A stretch of DNA of 63,530 nt, filler included, from Octopus bimaculoides (lineage: Eukaryota), in assembly GCF_001194135.2 (NCBI RefSeq). It is 10 parts of 9 records of this genome, joined end to end, with 100 filler letters (N's around TTAATTAATTAA, not from the genome) between each part and the next. Parts side by side here need not be neighbours in the genome. Positions count along the whole stretch, not along the records: positions 1 to 8,265 come from NW_026427843.1; positions 8,366 to 23,692 come from NC_068988.1; 8 more parts are not named here. One strand, written 5' to 3'. This document shows, in pieces, positions 1 through 11,300 of the stretch. The notes under the pieces are model-generated. The model had not been told where the DNA came from and ran no database searches. It saw nothing but the letters and a program-made list of their open reading frames with translations. Both the position numbers and the translations under genes were made by a program. Positions within the stretch are counted from its first letter, which is position 1; each line of letters begins with the position of its first letter.

Positions 1-151
1 AGTATTAAGATAGAAAGAAATTCAAGTAGTTAATTACATAGGAAGAAATTGAAGCAGTTAACTTAAAAGAATGGTATCACACATTCTAAGATTAAATAAT
101 TCTATTTAAATGGGAGAGAGTGAGAGAGAGAGAGAGAGAGANNNNNNNNNN

Positions 152-188
<37 letters not shown>

Positions 189-1321
189 TGAGTGGAAAGG
201 AAGAGAGGAAAAATGTTTGTAAGTCGACTGATACAGACAAAGGAAAATAGATCCATACTCTTTTACTTGTTTCAGTCATTTGACTNNNNNNNNNNNNNNN
301 NNNNNNNNNNNNNNNNNNNNNNNNNNNNNNNNNNNNNNNNNNNNNNNNNNNNNNNNNNNNNNNNNNNNNNNNNNNNNNNNNNNNNNNNNNNNNNNNNNNN
401 NNNNNNNNNNNNNNNNNNNNNNNNNNNNNNNNNNNNNNNNNNNNNNNNNNNNNNNNNNNNNGGGGGGACAAACACAGACACACAAACATATACACACCCA
501 TACATAGATATATACATATCTACGATGGGCTTCTTTCAGTTTCCGTCTACCATGTGGTAAGCTACTTACCACAAAGCCACTCCTGTGCCTGATTAAACAT
601 AGATTAAAAAAAAAAAAAGTAGATACATAGACACATACACACATTGTTAAATTAAAAGCGGGAGAGAGGAGGGGCATAGAGGAAGTGAGAGAGAAGGTGA
701 GAGACAGTAGATACATAGATGAAAAGAAAAGTTGGTACATAGACACATAGACTCAGATTGCAGTATTCTGCGGGCGACATTGGGGACTCTTTTCTCTTAT
801 CTGTTGCTCTTTCAGCATTTGACACTCCAAAAACATCTATGTAGTCGCCCGACTTGTGACAAATAGCAACCAAATCTCCTTCAAATGATACCCNNNNNNN
901 NNNCGCCCGACTTGTGACAAATAGCAACCAAATCTCCTTCAAATGATACCCTCTTGTGTTAGTGTATCTCAGGCAACATGGTTGGATTTTAATAAGACAG
1001 CAGGGTAATACCATTAGTAGGATAGGAAGGAAGATGAGAGAAAATAAAATAACTATTTAAAATATAATAAAGGTAGGAGTACAAGGAGGTTTAATTTTTC
1101 TGTAATAGGTTGATGAATATTTGCTCATTAAAATCTATACTATACTAATGGATATGAAGCAGAATATATAGTGGTGTTCCTAAAACAATTATGTGCACTG
1201 AAAACCCTGTAAATGTGCTAAGCTCTTATTTTGATAAATATGAATTCACTGCTTAAACACACATTTTCTTATTTTTTGTAACTATTAAGACCCCATTATG
1301 AGTATTGATATTGCCAGTCAG

Positions 1322-2190
1322 AGAAGAGAAGCAGCCAGACTTCATCAACAGGAGAGGTGAAGAAGATTGAGCAGTGACTGACAAGATGCTGTAAGAAACA
1401 TAAATGCTGCATGACAGAGAGAAGTGCAGGCTAACTTGAGCCAAGCTCAGCGCTCTGAAATTTCACTGCAGGACTCTTAACAACATTGAGTAGAAAGAGA
1501 GCATATATCACAGGAAAGAAGAGGAGGAATTTTACATCAAAATGCTGAACAACATCGCACAGCTTGAGAGAATTTATCACAGGAAAGAAGAGAAGACTTT
1601 CTATCAGTGGTCTATCTCCGCATGAGGTTAAATTAAAAATTGGAGCATCAATAATGTTACTCAGAAATCTTGACCACAAAAACGGTCATAGTAATGGCAC
1701 AAGGTATAAAATTGTAACTGCAAATAACAATCTAATAACTCCCAAAAATTTGACTGGAGTTGATGTGGGACAAATGGTTCTGATTCCTTGGATCAGTTTA
1801 ATGCCTTTTGATTCTGACTTCCCCTTTACATTACAAAGACGCCAATTTCCAATAAGACCAGCTTTCGTTATTTCCATAAATAAAAGCCAAGGACAGAGTC
1901 TGTCATAATGTGCCATTTACAAACCAAATCCAGTTTCTACTTACGGTCAATTATACGTTGCTATAAGCAGGGTTGGAGACCCAGACAAGATAAGAATTTA
2001 TGCTGACCAANNNNNNNNNNAGGGTTGGAGACCCAGACAAGATAAGAATTTATGCTGACCAAAATGAGTTTCTCAATTACAATTCAAATCCAAGACGTTG
2101 GGACCATCATGATATACGGAAACTAACTAGAAATGTTGTATATTCTGAAGTTATCATCATCCCCTCCCTGTATATACATCTTATTTATTA
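1322..2190 (+). mobile_element. Degraded, internally deleted Helitron (Rep/PIF1-helicase pseudogene)
   Basis: 1604-2190 translates as [82 protein letters not shown]. These are the PIF1/Helitron helicase C-terminal motifs, with an in-frame TAA at 1906-1908. 1322-1603, in another frame, is a charged R/E/Q repeat broken by stops. Confidence 0.9.
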
Positions 2191-3674
2191 AGATTAAATT
2201 GTACATGTTCAGTAGATGAATATTGTAATATTTACTTGTTATTTGGAGATTTGCAGATTAATTATTTAAAACAAACAGTTTAAAAGATGAGTTTCAATAA
2301 GTACACATTCTATTTCCATTTTATTTTCAAATNNNNNNNNNNGAGTTTCAATAAGTACACATTCTATTTCCATTTTATTTTCAAATGTAACTACTTGGGA
2401 TCAGAAAAGTGCAGTATCAAAGCCAGGCAGGCATCAACAATCTTTGCACTCAACTGTTCATGAGCAGCTACTGATTATTACTTAGGGATTTACCTAACCC
2501 TAATCCAATGTCTTAAGCAAGAAATACTAATCTTTTAAGTTTTCGTGCTAATTACCTCCCCTTAAGCGTTGATCTACTTTTATAAAAATTCATTGGCAAA
2601 TGTTCATTTCACTATGGTCTCTTTGTCTGCTTGAAATAGCAGCCAAATCTTCCTCAAATTATATTCTACTGACAAAGAAGGACATATTGGATATTATATA
2701 AAATAGACAGGATGGTTATGATTGAAATGCTTTCAATCAGAGTTCTATTTGACAAAAAGTGATAAGAAGGTAATTGCATCATGTAATTATATGACTGTTT
2801 TGATAGACAACAGTATTGAACATACAAGAGTCTGACNNNNNNNNNNTTATTCAGCAGAACAAATGTGCTGTAATAGCTTATTTGTGACTTTGAAAACTGG
2901 CCTATACTCCATCACATGGCAACAAGTAACAGTGAAACCGTGACGATATCCATTAATGGATAAAATAATTCTTTGTTCTAAGTAAGAGATAGACAACCAT
3001 TAAAAGGGAACTTGAATGTCTAATATTCTCAACACAATTTTAGTTGTGTATTATTAGTGCTGTTGCATAGTTGAAGACTGAGTTTTTAGACTGATTTATA
3101 TCACATTCCTTGTAAATGTAAGTAAATTCCTTTTAAATATCTCATAAGGTAAATACCCTGCCAAAAATAGGTATCTGCAAGATTATGAGAAAGGAATTGT
3201 GAGTGAGACTTTGCCAATCACCATAATACAGCACCGATGACTTCTGGGAACAATTTTTTAAAACTCAGAATCACTGAAGAATGCAATAAGTTACCTGCAT
3301 CAGTTGTCAGNNNNNNNNNNAACTCAGAATCACTGAAGAATGCAATAAGTTACCTGCATCAGTTGTCAGCTGTTGGGATGCTACATCTTCAAAGCTTCCA
3401 TGCTTCCTTACACTTGGTTTCCACCCCCCACCCCCAATTTATTTTACTTTTCTTTAAACAACTTATTCACTGTTCACTTCCTGTGCATGTTCCATGTACT
3501 GTTCATGCACTTTTGGCTACTTTTTCTGCTGAGTGCACCTGAGCATTGTATACAATAAATTTATTATTATTATAACCAAAGTTATAGTTAAGACAGTTGT
3601 TCCTTTTGTGAAGAGAATAACAATGATAATTGACAGGATATATTTCTTTTGAATTTTTTATTTCATTAAACCAG

Positions 3675-3828
3675 TTTGTGCTGCATTGCTCCTGTCTTGG
3701 CTGCTAAAGTGATACCTGGTTGTGAGGTGACAGTAGGATCTGACAAAGAAGATGAAAGATGGCCATATGCAAGAACAACAAAGGACATTAAGGAACTGGG
3801 TGCCACACATATTAACAAAGATGTTACA
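3675..3828 (+). CDS. GATD3: Penultimate coding exon of GATD3/ES1 (C21orf33; glutamine amidotransferase-like class 1, DJ-1/PfpI superfamily)
   Basis: The acceptor CCAG ends at 3674. The exon reads (G)[51 protein letters not shown], matching vertebrate ES1 [40 protein letters not shown] as recalled. Upstream exons were not found in the window. Confidence 0.93.
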
Positions 3829-5758
3829 ATATCCTTTGCTTTCCAATTTAAAAAGTGGTTCTCTTTTCATAAAACTAAAATGAAATGTATTTCTTCTTTT
3901 TTGGATTGCAGAAATCCATTTATTGTATTATTAAGAAATTGGAAAATTAACCCTGTCTGGTAGCCTTTTTCTTAAAGTTTTATCCATTTATTTTCTCATT
4001 TAAATGGTTTTGGCTGAAAATGGCAGTATGAACAATTAAAAAAAAGAAATTGCTGAATAATAATGCACAGAATTGACAGAAGCCGCCATATTCATTGAGG
4101 CAGTGTTCTTTTGTTATGGCTTATCACCAAATTTATAGAGTGTATGCTGCCATAGATTATGAATATCTAACAATATATTATGAGATGTTTACATGAAATT
4201 CATATCTTTGTGTTACCTTCATCAGGTTGCTCATGATGGCACTACTCTAGTTAGTGTCTGTAGTTTGTTTGTCTTAAGAAATTCTATGGTTCACATTCTT
4301 TGACTATTTGGTGGAAAAATTCTGCCTCCTGAAATAACTGAAGACATCTGAAAAATACATATATGAGGATAGAAATTAATCATGTTTAGATGGAACACAC
4401 AATCATTTCTAATTTTCAGTATAAGCATAGTCATTACTATGCAGTGAAGCACTTCACTTTCCAACCATGTGGTTTCAGATTCAGTCCCACTGCATGTCAC
4501 CTCTTTTACTATAATCTCCAGGCCGTAGATGGGAACTGAAAGAAGACTTGTTTCATTTTGTATCATTATCACTCATTGCTGCTTTTCATCATCAAACATG
4601 TTGGCACTCCGTTGCTTACGACNNNNNNNNNNNNNNNNNNNNNNNNNNNNNNNNNNNNNNNNNNNNNNNNNNNNNNNNNNNNNNNNNNNNNNNNNNNNNN
4701 NNNNNNNNNNNNNNNNNNNNNNNNNNNNNNNNNNNNNNNNNNNNNNNNNNNNNNNNNNNNNNNNNNNNNNNNNNNNNNNNNNNNNNNNNNNNNNNNNNNN
4801 NNNNNNNNNNNNNNNNNNNNNNNNNNNNNNNNNNNNNNNNNNNNNNNNNNNNNNNNNNNNNNNNNNNNNNNNNNNNNNNNNNNNNNNNNNNNNNNNNNNN
4901 NNNNNNNNNNNNNNNCGCGAGTCCGCTGCCCTAACCACTGGGCCATTGCGCCTCCACCCATCAAGCATATACAGCAGAGAAAAAGATGGTCAACTCTGAT
5001 GTCTGTGTCTTACAGTACGAATTTTTATTAGAGTGCTACCATCATTAGAAAGAAGATTGTGTGTGACTGGACTAAAAAATTCCTTCTACTCTNNNNNNNN
5101 NNNNNNNNNNNNNNNNNNNNNNNNNNNNNNNNNNNNNNNNNNNNNNNNNNNNNNNNNNNNNNNNNNNNNNNNNNNNNNNNNNNNNNNNNNNNNNNNNNNN
5201 NNNNNNNNNNNNNNNNNNNNNNNNNNNNNNNNNNNNNTTCAGCTGAAGGTTAGCCCTGAATGAAGAAACTTATGATGAAAGGTGTCCCACTTGTTACTAT
5301 TTTGTCTTCTTGAGTATTTAAAATGATATGTGATTTGTGGAAAATTTGTCTGCTATTTCTAGCAGGTTGAATGCCTGTGTATATTGCTCCTTGGTTGGAA
5401 GAGCATATGAAATATAATTTTTTTTTTTTTCAGTTCACAAAGGTAAGCAGAAAACCGAAAGGAGTTGATAAGGTTGGCCCAGGTAAAAGTGTCATCAGTG
5501 GTTCTCAAGCACTTTCTCAGGGTAATGGATGACCCTAATGATTCATTTTGAAAATATCGATGAATTTATTCAAATAATTGTTATTAAACTGGAGTTTGGA
5601 ACATATGAAGTTTTGATGTAAGGTTTTAATTAAATGATTTTTAAAAAGATAGTTGCCCTTGGTTCTATGATACAGTCTAAGGCAGGTTGGTATTGAAACA
5701 GTTTTGATAAAATGTTTTTATTTATTTTTGTTATTTTCCTTGACATTTGTTTTTTTAT
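3829..5758 (+). other. GATD3: U12-type (minor spliceosome) intron of GATD3 with AT...AT termini
   Basis: The 5' end ATATCCTTTG at 3829 matches the U12 donor consensus RTATCCTTT. The branch site TTTTCCTTGAC at 5734-5744 lies 15 nt before the 3' end. Phase-0 joining of DVT|EAH restores ES1 homology. Confidence 0.8.
4603..4957 (-). mobile_element. tRNA-derived SINE, family B, inside the U12 intron; middle is an N gap
   Basis: On the minus strand the head reads GTGGAGGCGCAATGGCCCAGTGGTTAGGGCAGCGGACTCGCG (A box), nearly identical to the copy at 62207-62511. The tail GGCACTCCGT is shared with 20895. Confidence 0.8.
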
Positions 5759-5884
5759 GAAGCCCATATTGATATCAATAACCGCATTGTGACTGCTCCA
5801 GCCTTCATGTGTGAAACAGCAGTACACGAAGTTTTTGATGGTATTGGTGAAATGGTAACGGGAGTACTGAAGCTGGTTAAATAA
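5759..5884 (+). CDS. GATD3: Terminal coding exon of GATD3/ES1
   Basis: Translates as [41 protein letters not shown]. This matches the ES1 C-terminus [37 protein letters not shown] as recalled. Confidence 0.93.
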   Translation, partial: EAHIDINNRIVTAPAFMCETAVHEVFDGIGEMVTGVLKLVK

Positions 5885-6117
5885 CTTCTTTTTTTTTTTT
5901 TACCTCCAAGAATGCAGCAAATATTGCTGTTTTGTTTCTTCACTTCTGATTGCAGTTTCATTCACTTATTAGATAACAGTAAAAAAAAAAANNNNNNNNN
6001 NNNNNNNNNNNNNNNNNNNNNNAAGAAAGATCTCCCTCAATGGTTAAGTTAATTTCACACTTGGAAATTTAGAGAAATTTTGAAATGAAGATGCTGTAAA
6101 ATTGGGCAGGTGTTCCC

Positions 6118-6123
6118 AATAAA
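6118..6123 (+). terminator. Candidate GATD3 polyadenylation signal
   Basis: AATAAA lies about 230 nt after the stop codon and is followed by T/GT-rich sequence. Motif evidence only. Confidence 0.3.
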
Positions 6124-6639
6124 ACACTCAATCAAGATTTACTGTATTTAATTTTAGTCAAATATATTTATTATATTTCTACACATTTACTCTGGTTTGG
6201 TTTATTATATTTTTTGAAAATGTAGTGTATATTTCTTCTTTATTTATTTCATCTTATCTAATGCAAGTGGGATCTCTCAGGTAGTTGAGTGGCTAAAAGA
6301 CTGGACAGCTAAAAGATTAGCATTTTCCTGCCCTATCACAACTACTTTACTTTACCTGTAGCAATGACTTTGCTCTTTGAAGCGGGACTCATTCTGTAAA
6401 ATGACTTAATTTGTTAGCCTTCAGTGCCAAATTCGGTTCCTGATCTTTTTGGGGTTAGATTTTTCTAAAATCCATTTAATGACCAGAGAAACTAGAGACA
6501 AGCAGATAAATCTGTTCTCTTTTACATGTTTCAGTCATGTTGGGACATCCACCCTCCTCTGAAGTTTAGTCAAACAAATCAACCATAGTACTAATTTTTT
6601 AAAGCCTGGTATTTATTCTATTGGTCCCTTTTCCCACTC

Positions 6640-8020
6640 AAATGTGGAAGGGATATATCTCAATTTTACAAAGGCCTTTGATAAAGTCGATCATGGTATG
6701 GCATGTCACAAACTGCATGATCTTGGCATAGTCGGAAAATTGGGAGACTGGCTGTATGACTTTCTGAAGGATAGAAGTCAGGTGGTAGTAGCCAATGGGG
6801 CCACNNNNNNNNNNNNNNNNNNNNNNNNNNNNNNNNNNNNNNNNNNNNNNNNNNNNNNNNNNNNNNNNNNNNNNNNNNNNNNNNNNNNNNNNNNNNNNNN
6901 NNNNNNNNNNNNNNNNNNNNNNNNNNNNNNNNNNNNNNNNNNNNNNNNNNNNNNNNNNNNNNNNNNNNNNNNNNNNNNNNNNNNNNNNNNNNNNNNNNNN
7001 NNNNNNNNNNNNNNNNNNNNNNNNNNNNNNNNNNNNNNNNNNNNNNNNNNNNNNNNNNNNNNNNNNNNNNNNNNNNNNNNNNNNNNNNNNNNNNNNNNNN
7101 NNNNNNNNNNNNNNNNNNNNNNNNNNNNNNNNNNNNNNNNNNNNNNNNNNNNNNNNNNNNNNNNNNNNNNNNNNNNNNNNNNNNNNNNNNNNNNNNNNNN
7201 NNNNNNNNNNNNNNNNNNNNNNNNNNNNNNNNNNNNNNNNNNNNNNNNNNNNNNNNNNNNNNNNNNNNNNNNNNNNNNNNNNNNNNNNNNNNNNNNNNNN
7301 NNNNNNNNNNNNNNNNNNNNNNNNNNNNNNNNNNNNNNNNNNNNNNNNNNNNNNNNNNNNNNNNNNNNNNNNNNNNNNNNNNNNNNNNNATGGTCACCAA
7401 CCAGTGTCAAATTAATCTCAGAAGTTGAGGCAATCCAACAAAGCTACACGAAGAAGATAGTTTCTTTACAGCATATATGCTACTGAGAATGACTCAAGAT
7501 TTCGACTTTATTCCTTAGAGNNNNNNNNNNNNNNNNNNNNNNNNNNNNNNNNNNNNNNNNNNNNNNNNNNNNNNNNNNNNNNNNNNNNNNNNNNNNNNNN
7601 NNNNNNNNNNNNNNNNNNNNNNNNNNNNNNNNNNNNTCACCAAGGACTCCAGATTTGCCTTGAAGAGATAGGACAAGACACTGCAAGAGCCTGGTCTTCA
7701 GGGGACCACAGCTCTTCAATATCCTCCCAAAGGACCTGAGAGACTTGCATGGGGTTGATGTAGGTAGCTTCAAAATGAAACTGGACCTCTTACTGTCAAG
7801 CCAACTTCAATGCAGGTGGAGAAGATGAGGGCAACGGCATCAAACTCCCTCATGCACCAAACGTCAATTTCTAAAATGCATTAGTGAAGTAAAATTATGT
7901 AGCAACACCAAATGGCGGTGCCCCAGCNNNNNNNNNNTGAAGTAAAATTATGTAGCAACACCAAATGGCGGTGCCCCAGCATGGCCATAACTCATGAGCA
8001 GAAACTAGATCAAATCAAAT
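6640..8020 (+). mobile_element. 5'-truncated CR1/L2-like LINE (RT pseudogene plus 3' UTR)
   Basis: Reads IYLNFTKAFDKVDHG..KLHDLGIVGKLGDWLYDFLKDRSQVVVANG, then WSP..VEAIQ and RGPQLFNILPKDLRDL. It ends in GGCGGTGCCCCAGCATGGCC and a short (CAAAT)n tail. Confidence 0.85.
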
Positions 8021-8050
8021 CATATGTGTATATATGTGTGTGTGTGTGTG

Positions 8051-8200
8051 TATGGTAAGTAGACTGATTAACAACCACATAGTTCTGGGTTCAGATCCAC
8101 TGCATGGCGCCTTGCGCAACTGTCTTCTACTAGAGCCTAAGGCTGACCAAAACCTTGTGATTGGATTTGGTAGATGGAAACAGAAAGAAGCCTGTCATAG
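8051..8200 (+). mobile_element. tRNA-derived SINE, family A (head and core)
   Basis: Diverged copy of GGTAAG..CAACCACATGGTTCCGGGTTCAGTCCCACTGC..CCTTGGGCAAG..GGTAGACGGAAACTGAAAGAAGCC, which recurs many times in the window. Confidence 0.75.
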
Positions 8201-8265
8201 GTATATATCATCATCGTTGTTTCACGTCCGCTTTCCATGCTAGCATGGGTTGGACGATTTGACTG

Positions 8266-8365
8266 NNNNNNNNNNNNNNNNNNNNNNNNNNNNNNNNNNN
8301 NNNNNNNNNTTAATTAATTAANNNNNNNNNNNNNNNNNNNNNNNNNNNNNNNNNNNNNNNNNNNN
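8266..8365. other. Artificial contig spacer (44 N + TTAATTAATTAA + 44 N), first of nine
   Basis: The identical palindromic six-frame-stop 12-mer occurs at 8310, 23737, 31722, 36396, 40767, 53470, 57684, 59648 and 62151, each time centred in N runs. Confidence 0.97.
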
Positions 8366-11300
8366 ATATATTTAAATGAAATATTCAAGCACTGAGATTT
8401 GAAGTTAGATGTCACTACTCTTCATATCATCTGTGGATAAATTCAAAATTTGATGATATCACCAGTAGTAGCATTGGTGGAACGCAGTTATGATAGCTTT
8501 ATGGAGCTATGAAATATCGTAATGATGCTTAATGAGCATCTACCTGCTAGAAATAAGAGCCAAGTCTTAAATAATCCACAGTAGCGCACCAATATAACAG
8601 AGAAAAACAGTATGCGAGGAAAACAGACCGAATTAAAACATTTAACAACACAAATAAAAATATTATGCAATTACGGATATCCACAAACCAGGTTTCTGCT
8701 TTTGCTTATTCAACCTTGAGCTTCGTCAGTGTGGACCACCAGTCTAAATTCATGACTGTTCACGTTAGTGTTAACATGTTAACATGTATTCAGAATTTTC
8801 CACGAATACCCAATCCATTTAAACCATTTAAATGAGAAACTATCCACCAATTATTGATTATATGCTTGCACAACACAGGCATATCTGACACCTGTTTGTT
8901 GGGTCGGATAGATCGCTTTGGAAAAATTAGACAGTCTGGATGATCCTGAAAGGCACTATGACAGTCAGTGTCCTTGTTAAACATCCGCCCAATACAGTTC
9001 AATATCTTAGCGTTCTAATGTTTATGCTAGACCGTTCTACGGACGCCTTCTGCATTGAAAATACAGTCGTGAGTACCGTTATATTATTGTTCAACCTGCT
9101 AGATAAACCAATCTAATCTTTCTAAAATTCCTATTTATTATCTCAAAATATGAAAAAATTCGATAACGTGATCCTGGAATCCAAGACACATTGAGCATAG
9201 ATGGAAGGTTCCCAATTGCAGATCCGGCTTAATTAAGGTGATCTGAGTGTAAACATAGCAATTCTTTGAACGTCTAACTGTATTCTGTAATTTTATATTA
9301 TTCTGCCGCTGTTTCTACTCGCATTCGTAAAATCAGCACCGACGTCGAAACTTAGGGAAATATATTGACACGATTGAAAATTAGGACCAAATTAAGAGTG
9401 AATGCTGCACAAGTTGAGTTTAAACTATTTTCATTTATGTCACTACTTGTGTGGTTGTATTTGACGTTTAGATTTTGATGTTTAGGCTGTACATGTAACA
9501 TATAGGCGAAAATGAGTGTTATGTGGATGATGGTGCTATTGCTGTCTATCTTGGTGACTACAGTGCTTGTGCTGGGATTTGAGTGATGGGATGATGGTAA
9601 CGATTATGATAATGATGACGACGACGACGATGGTAATAATGACAATGATGGCAGTGGCGGGGAAGATGATGATGATGATGATGGTTTAAGTATTTCCAGC
9701 AACAACGATGACAAAGCCTACCAAGCATTTCAGTGTTAACATGTGGTACAATGTAAGGATAATGGCAATAATTATGGGAATTTTTAATATCATATTCATG
9801 AAAGACGACCACCTCAACACACGTTCTGGTGCTGATATAAATAGTTGCATTGATTTATTGAACTTTTAGTCGGTGAATTATTACATCTCATTAAACTAAA
9901 CGTTCAACTGATCTAATTACATTCTCAGTCATGTCATATGATCTTTGAAGCACATGCACTCCACATATTTATGCTTAAACGGATTAGTGTTTTTGCTCTA
10001 TGGCATAGATAATCATACTTTTATTCATATTAATTTTTTTTCTCAAATCGAAATTTAAACACCAATGCTGAATTTGTCTCATAAGGCTCTTCATTGATCG
10101 TGAGTTTCTAAGGTCCAATCAGTTTTAGATATCTAACATATTAATAGATTTGTCTTATTAAGAAAAGAAAACAACAGTTTTATTTTTTGTCTCAAAATAG
10201 AGCTTTTATCTGTATGTGCACAAGTACATAACTTAAATGACATAATCGCAAGCTGCATATTTAATACTGATATTTCTATAAATACACGCGTTGAATTCAT
10301 CCGAGTAGTTTCACATACCGTCTGAATTAGACCTAAGACCCTGTTTAAAGTCGAAGAATCGAATCCTATCATGGGGAAGCAGTCGGAACGCCTATTGTAT
10401 CCGTTCCCGCAGGCTACTGATTTGTAGACCCTAGATCACATCTGACAGCTCTTAACATTCTGTACCCAGAATATTGAGCAACTGTCGTGATGTCATCATT
10501 TTCAAAACGGGTGTCAATCATCAGGATACAGATAATTCTTTTCCAGTATTCAGCTAATAGTTTTCGCAATTATAGCATTGATATTTAAACCCTCCAAGGC
10601 CTCTAACTGCTCACTAGGTCATCTAGTTCTCTAAATGCAAACGTAATATCATCAAGCTTCGAATGAATAACCTATATATGCATATATGCCAGTAGCTGTG
10701 AGAATCCACGAAATAAGTGCGATTGTCTGTGTGTCTGTGTGTGTGAGAGAGAGAGATGGGGGAGAGGGGGANNNNNNNNNNNNNNNNNNNNNNNNNNNNN
10801 NNNNNNNNNNNNNNNNNNNNNNNNNNNNNNNNNNNNNNNNNNNNNNNNNNNNNNNNNNNNNNNNNNNNNNNNNNNNNNNNNNNNNNNNNNNNNNNNNNNN
10901 NNNNNNNNNNNNNNNNNNNNNNNNNNNNNNNNNNNNNNNNNNNNNNNNNNGGAAAGAGAGGGGGAGAGTGTGAGAGTGGGTATGTATGATGTAAATGCTC
11001 TAATACAATGGTTTGAAAAAGATAATTGTAAGTTCACAAAATATTTCATCCTTTTTTTAATTCTTCCTTCCTATGCCTCAAGCACACATCATTTTTCATT
11101 TTATAAGTATTCTGGATAATCATTTTTCATAATATTTTAAATTTTACTTAATTTTATTTCGATTGAAAGAATTTGCGCTCCATGAAAAAATAATGAATAC
11201 GTCAAAATGTCTGAGAACATACATATCGAAATGGAATATGCATGTACTTTTTAAGTAATGAAATATGCATGCAGATTTTCACCGAACTACACCACATTAT

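Noticed and set aside
846-951. Direct repeats of 40-50 bp flanking 10-N gaps (also 1971-2060, 2289-2386, 3261-3370, 7878-7977)
   Set aside because: These are identical overlaps either side of a fixed 10-N gap, typical of unmerged contig overlaps. They are not TSDs or tandem duplications.
6644-7486. 280-aa RT ORF that appears intact
   Set aside because: 585 of its bases are N, so frame continuity is unverifiable, and stops follow immediately downstream.
8310-8321. Palindromic TTAATTAATTAA repeated nine times, like a conserved element or array
   Set aside because: It is always centred in 44 N + 44 N and puts stops in all six frames. It is a scaffolding linker, not biology.
8850-10670. Faint RTE-like endonuclease (8850-9060) and RT (10300-10670) traces on the minus strand
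   Set aside because: Too degraded to support by eye. A profile search would be needed.
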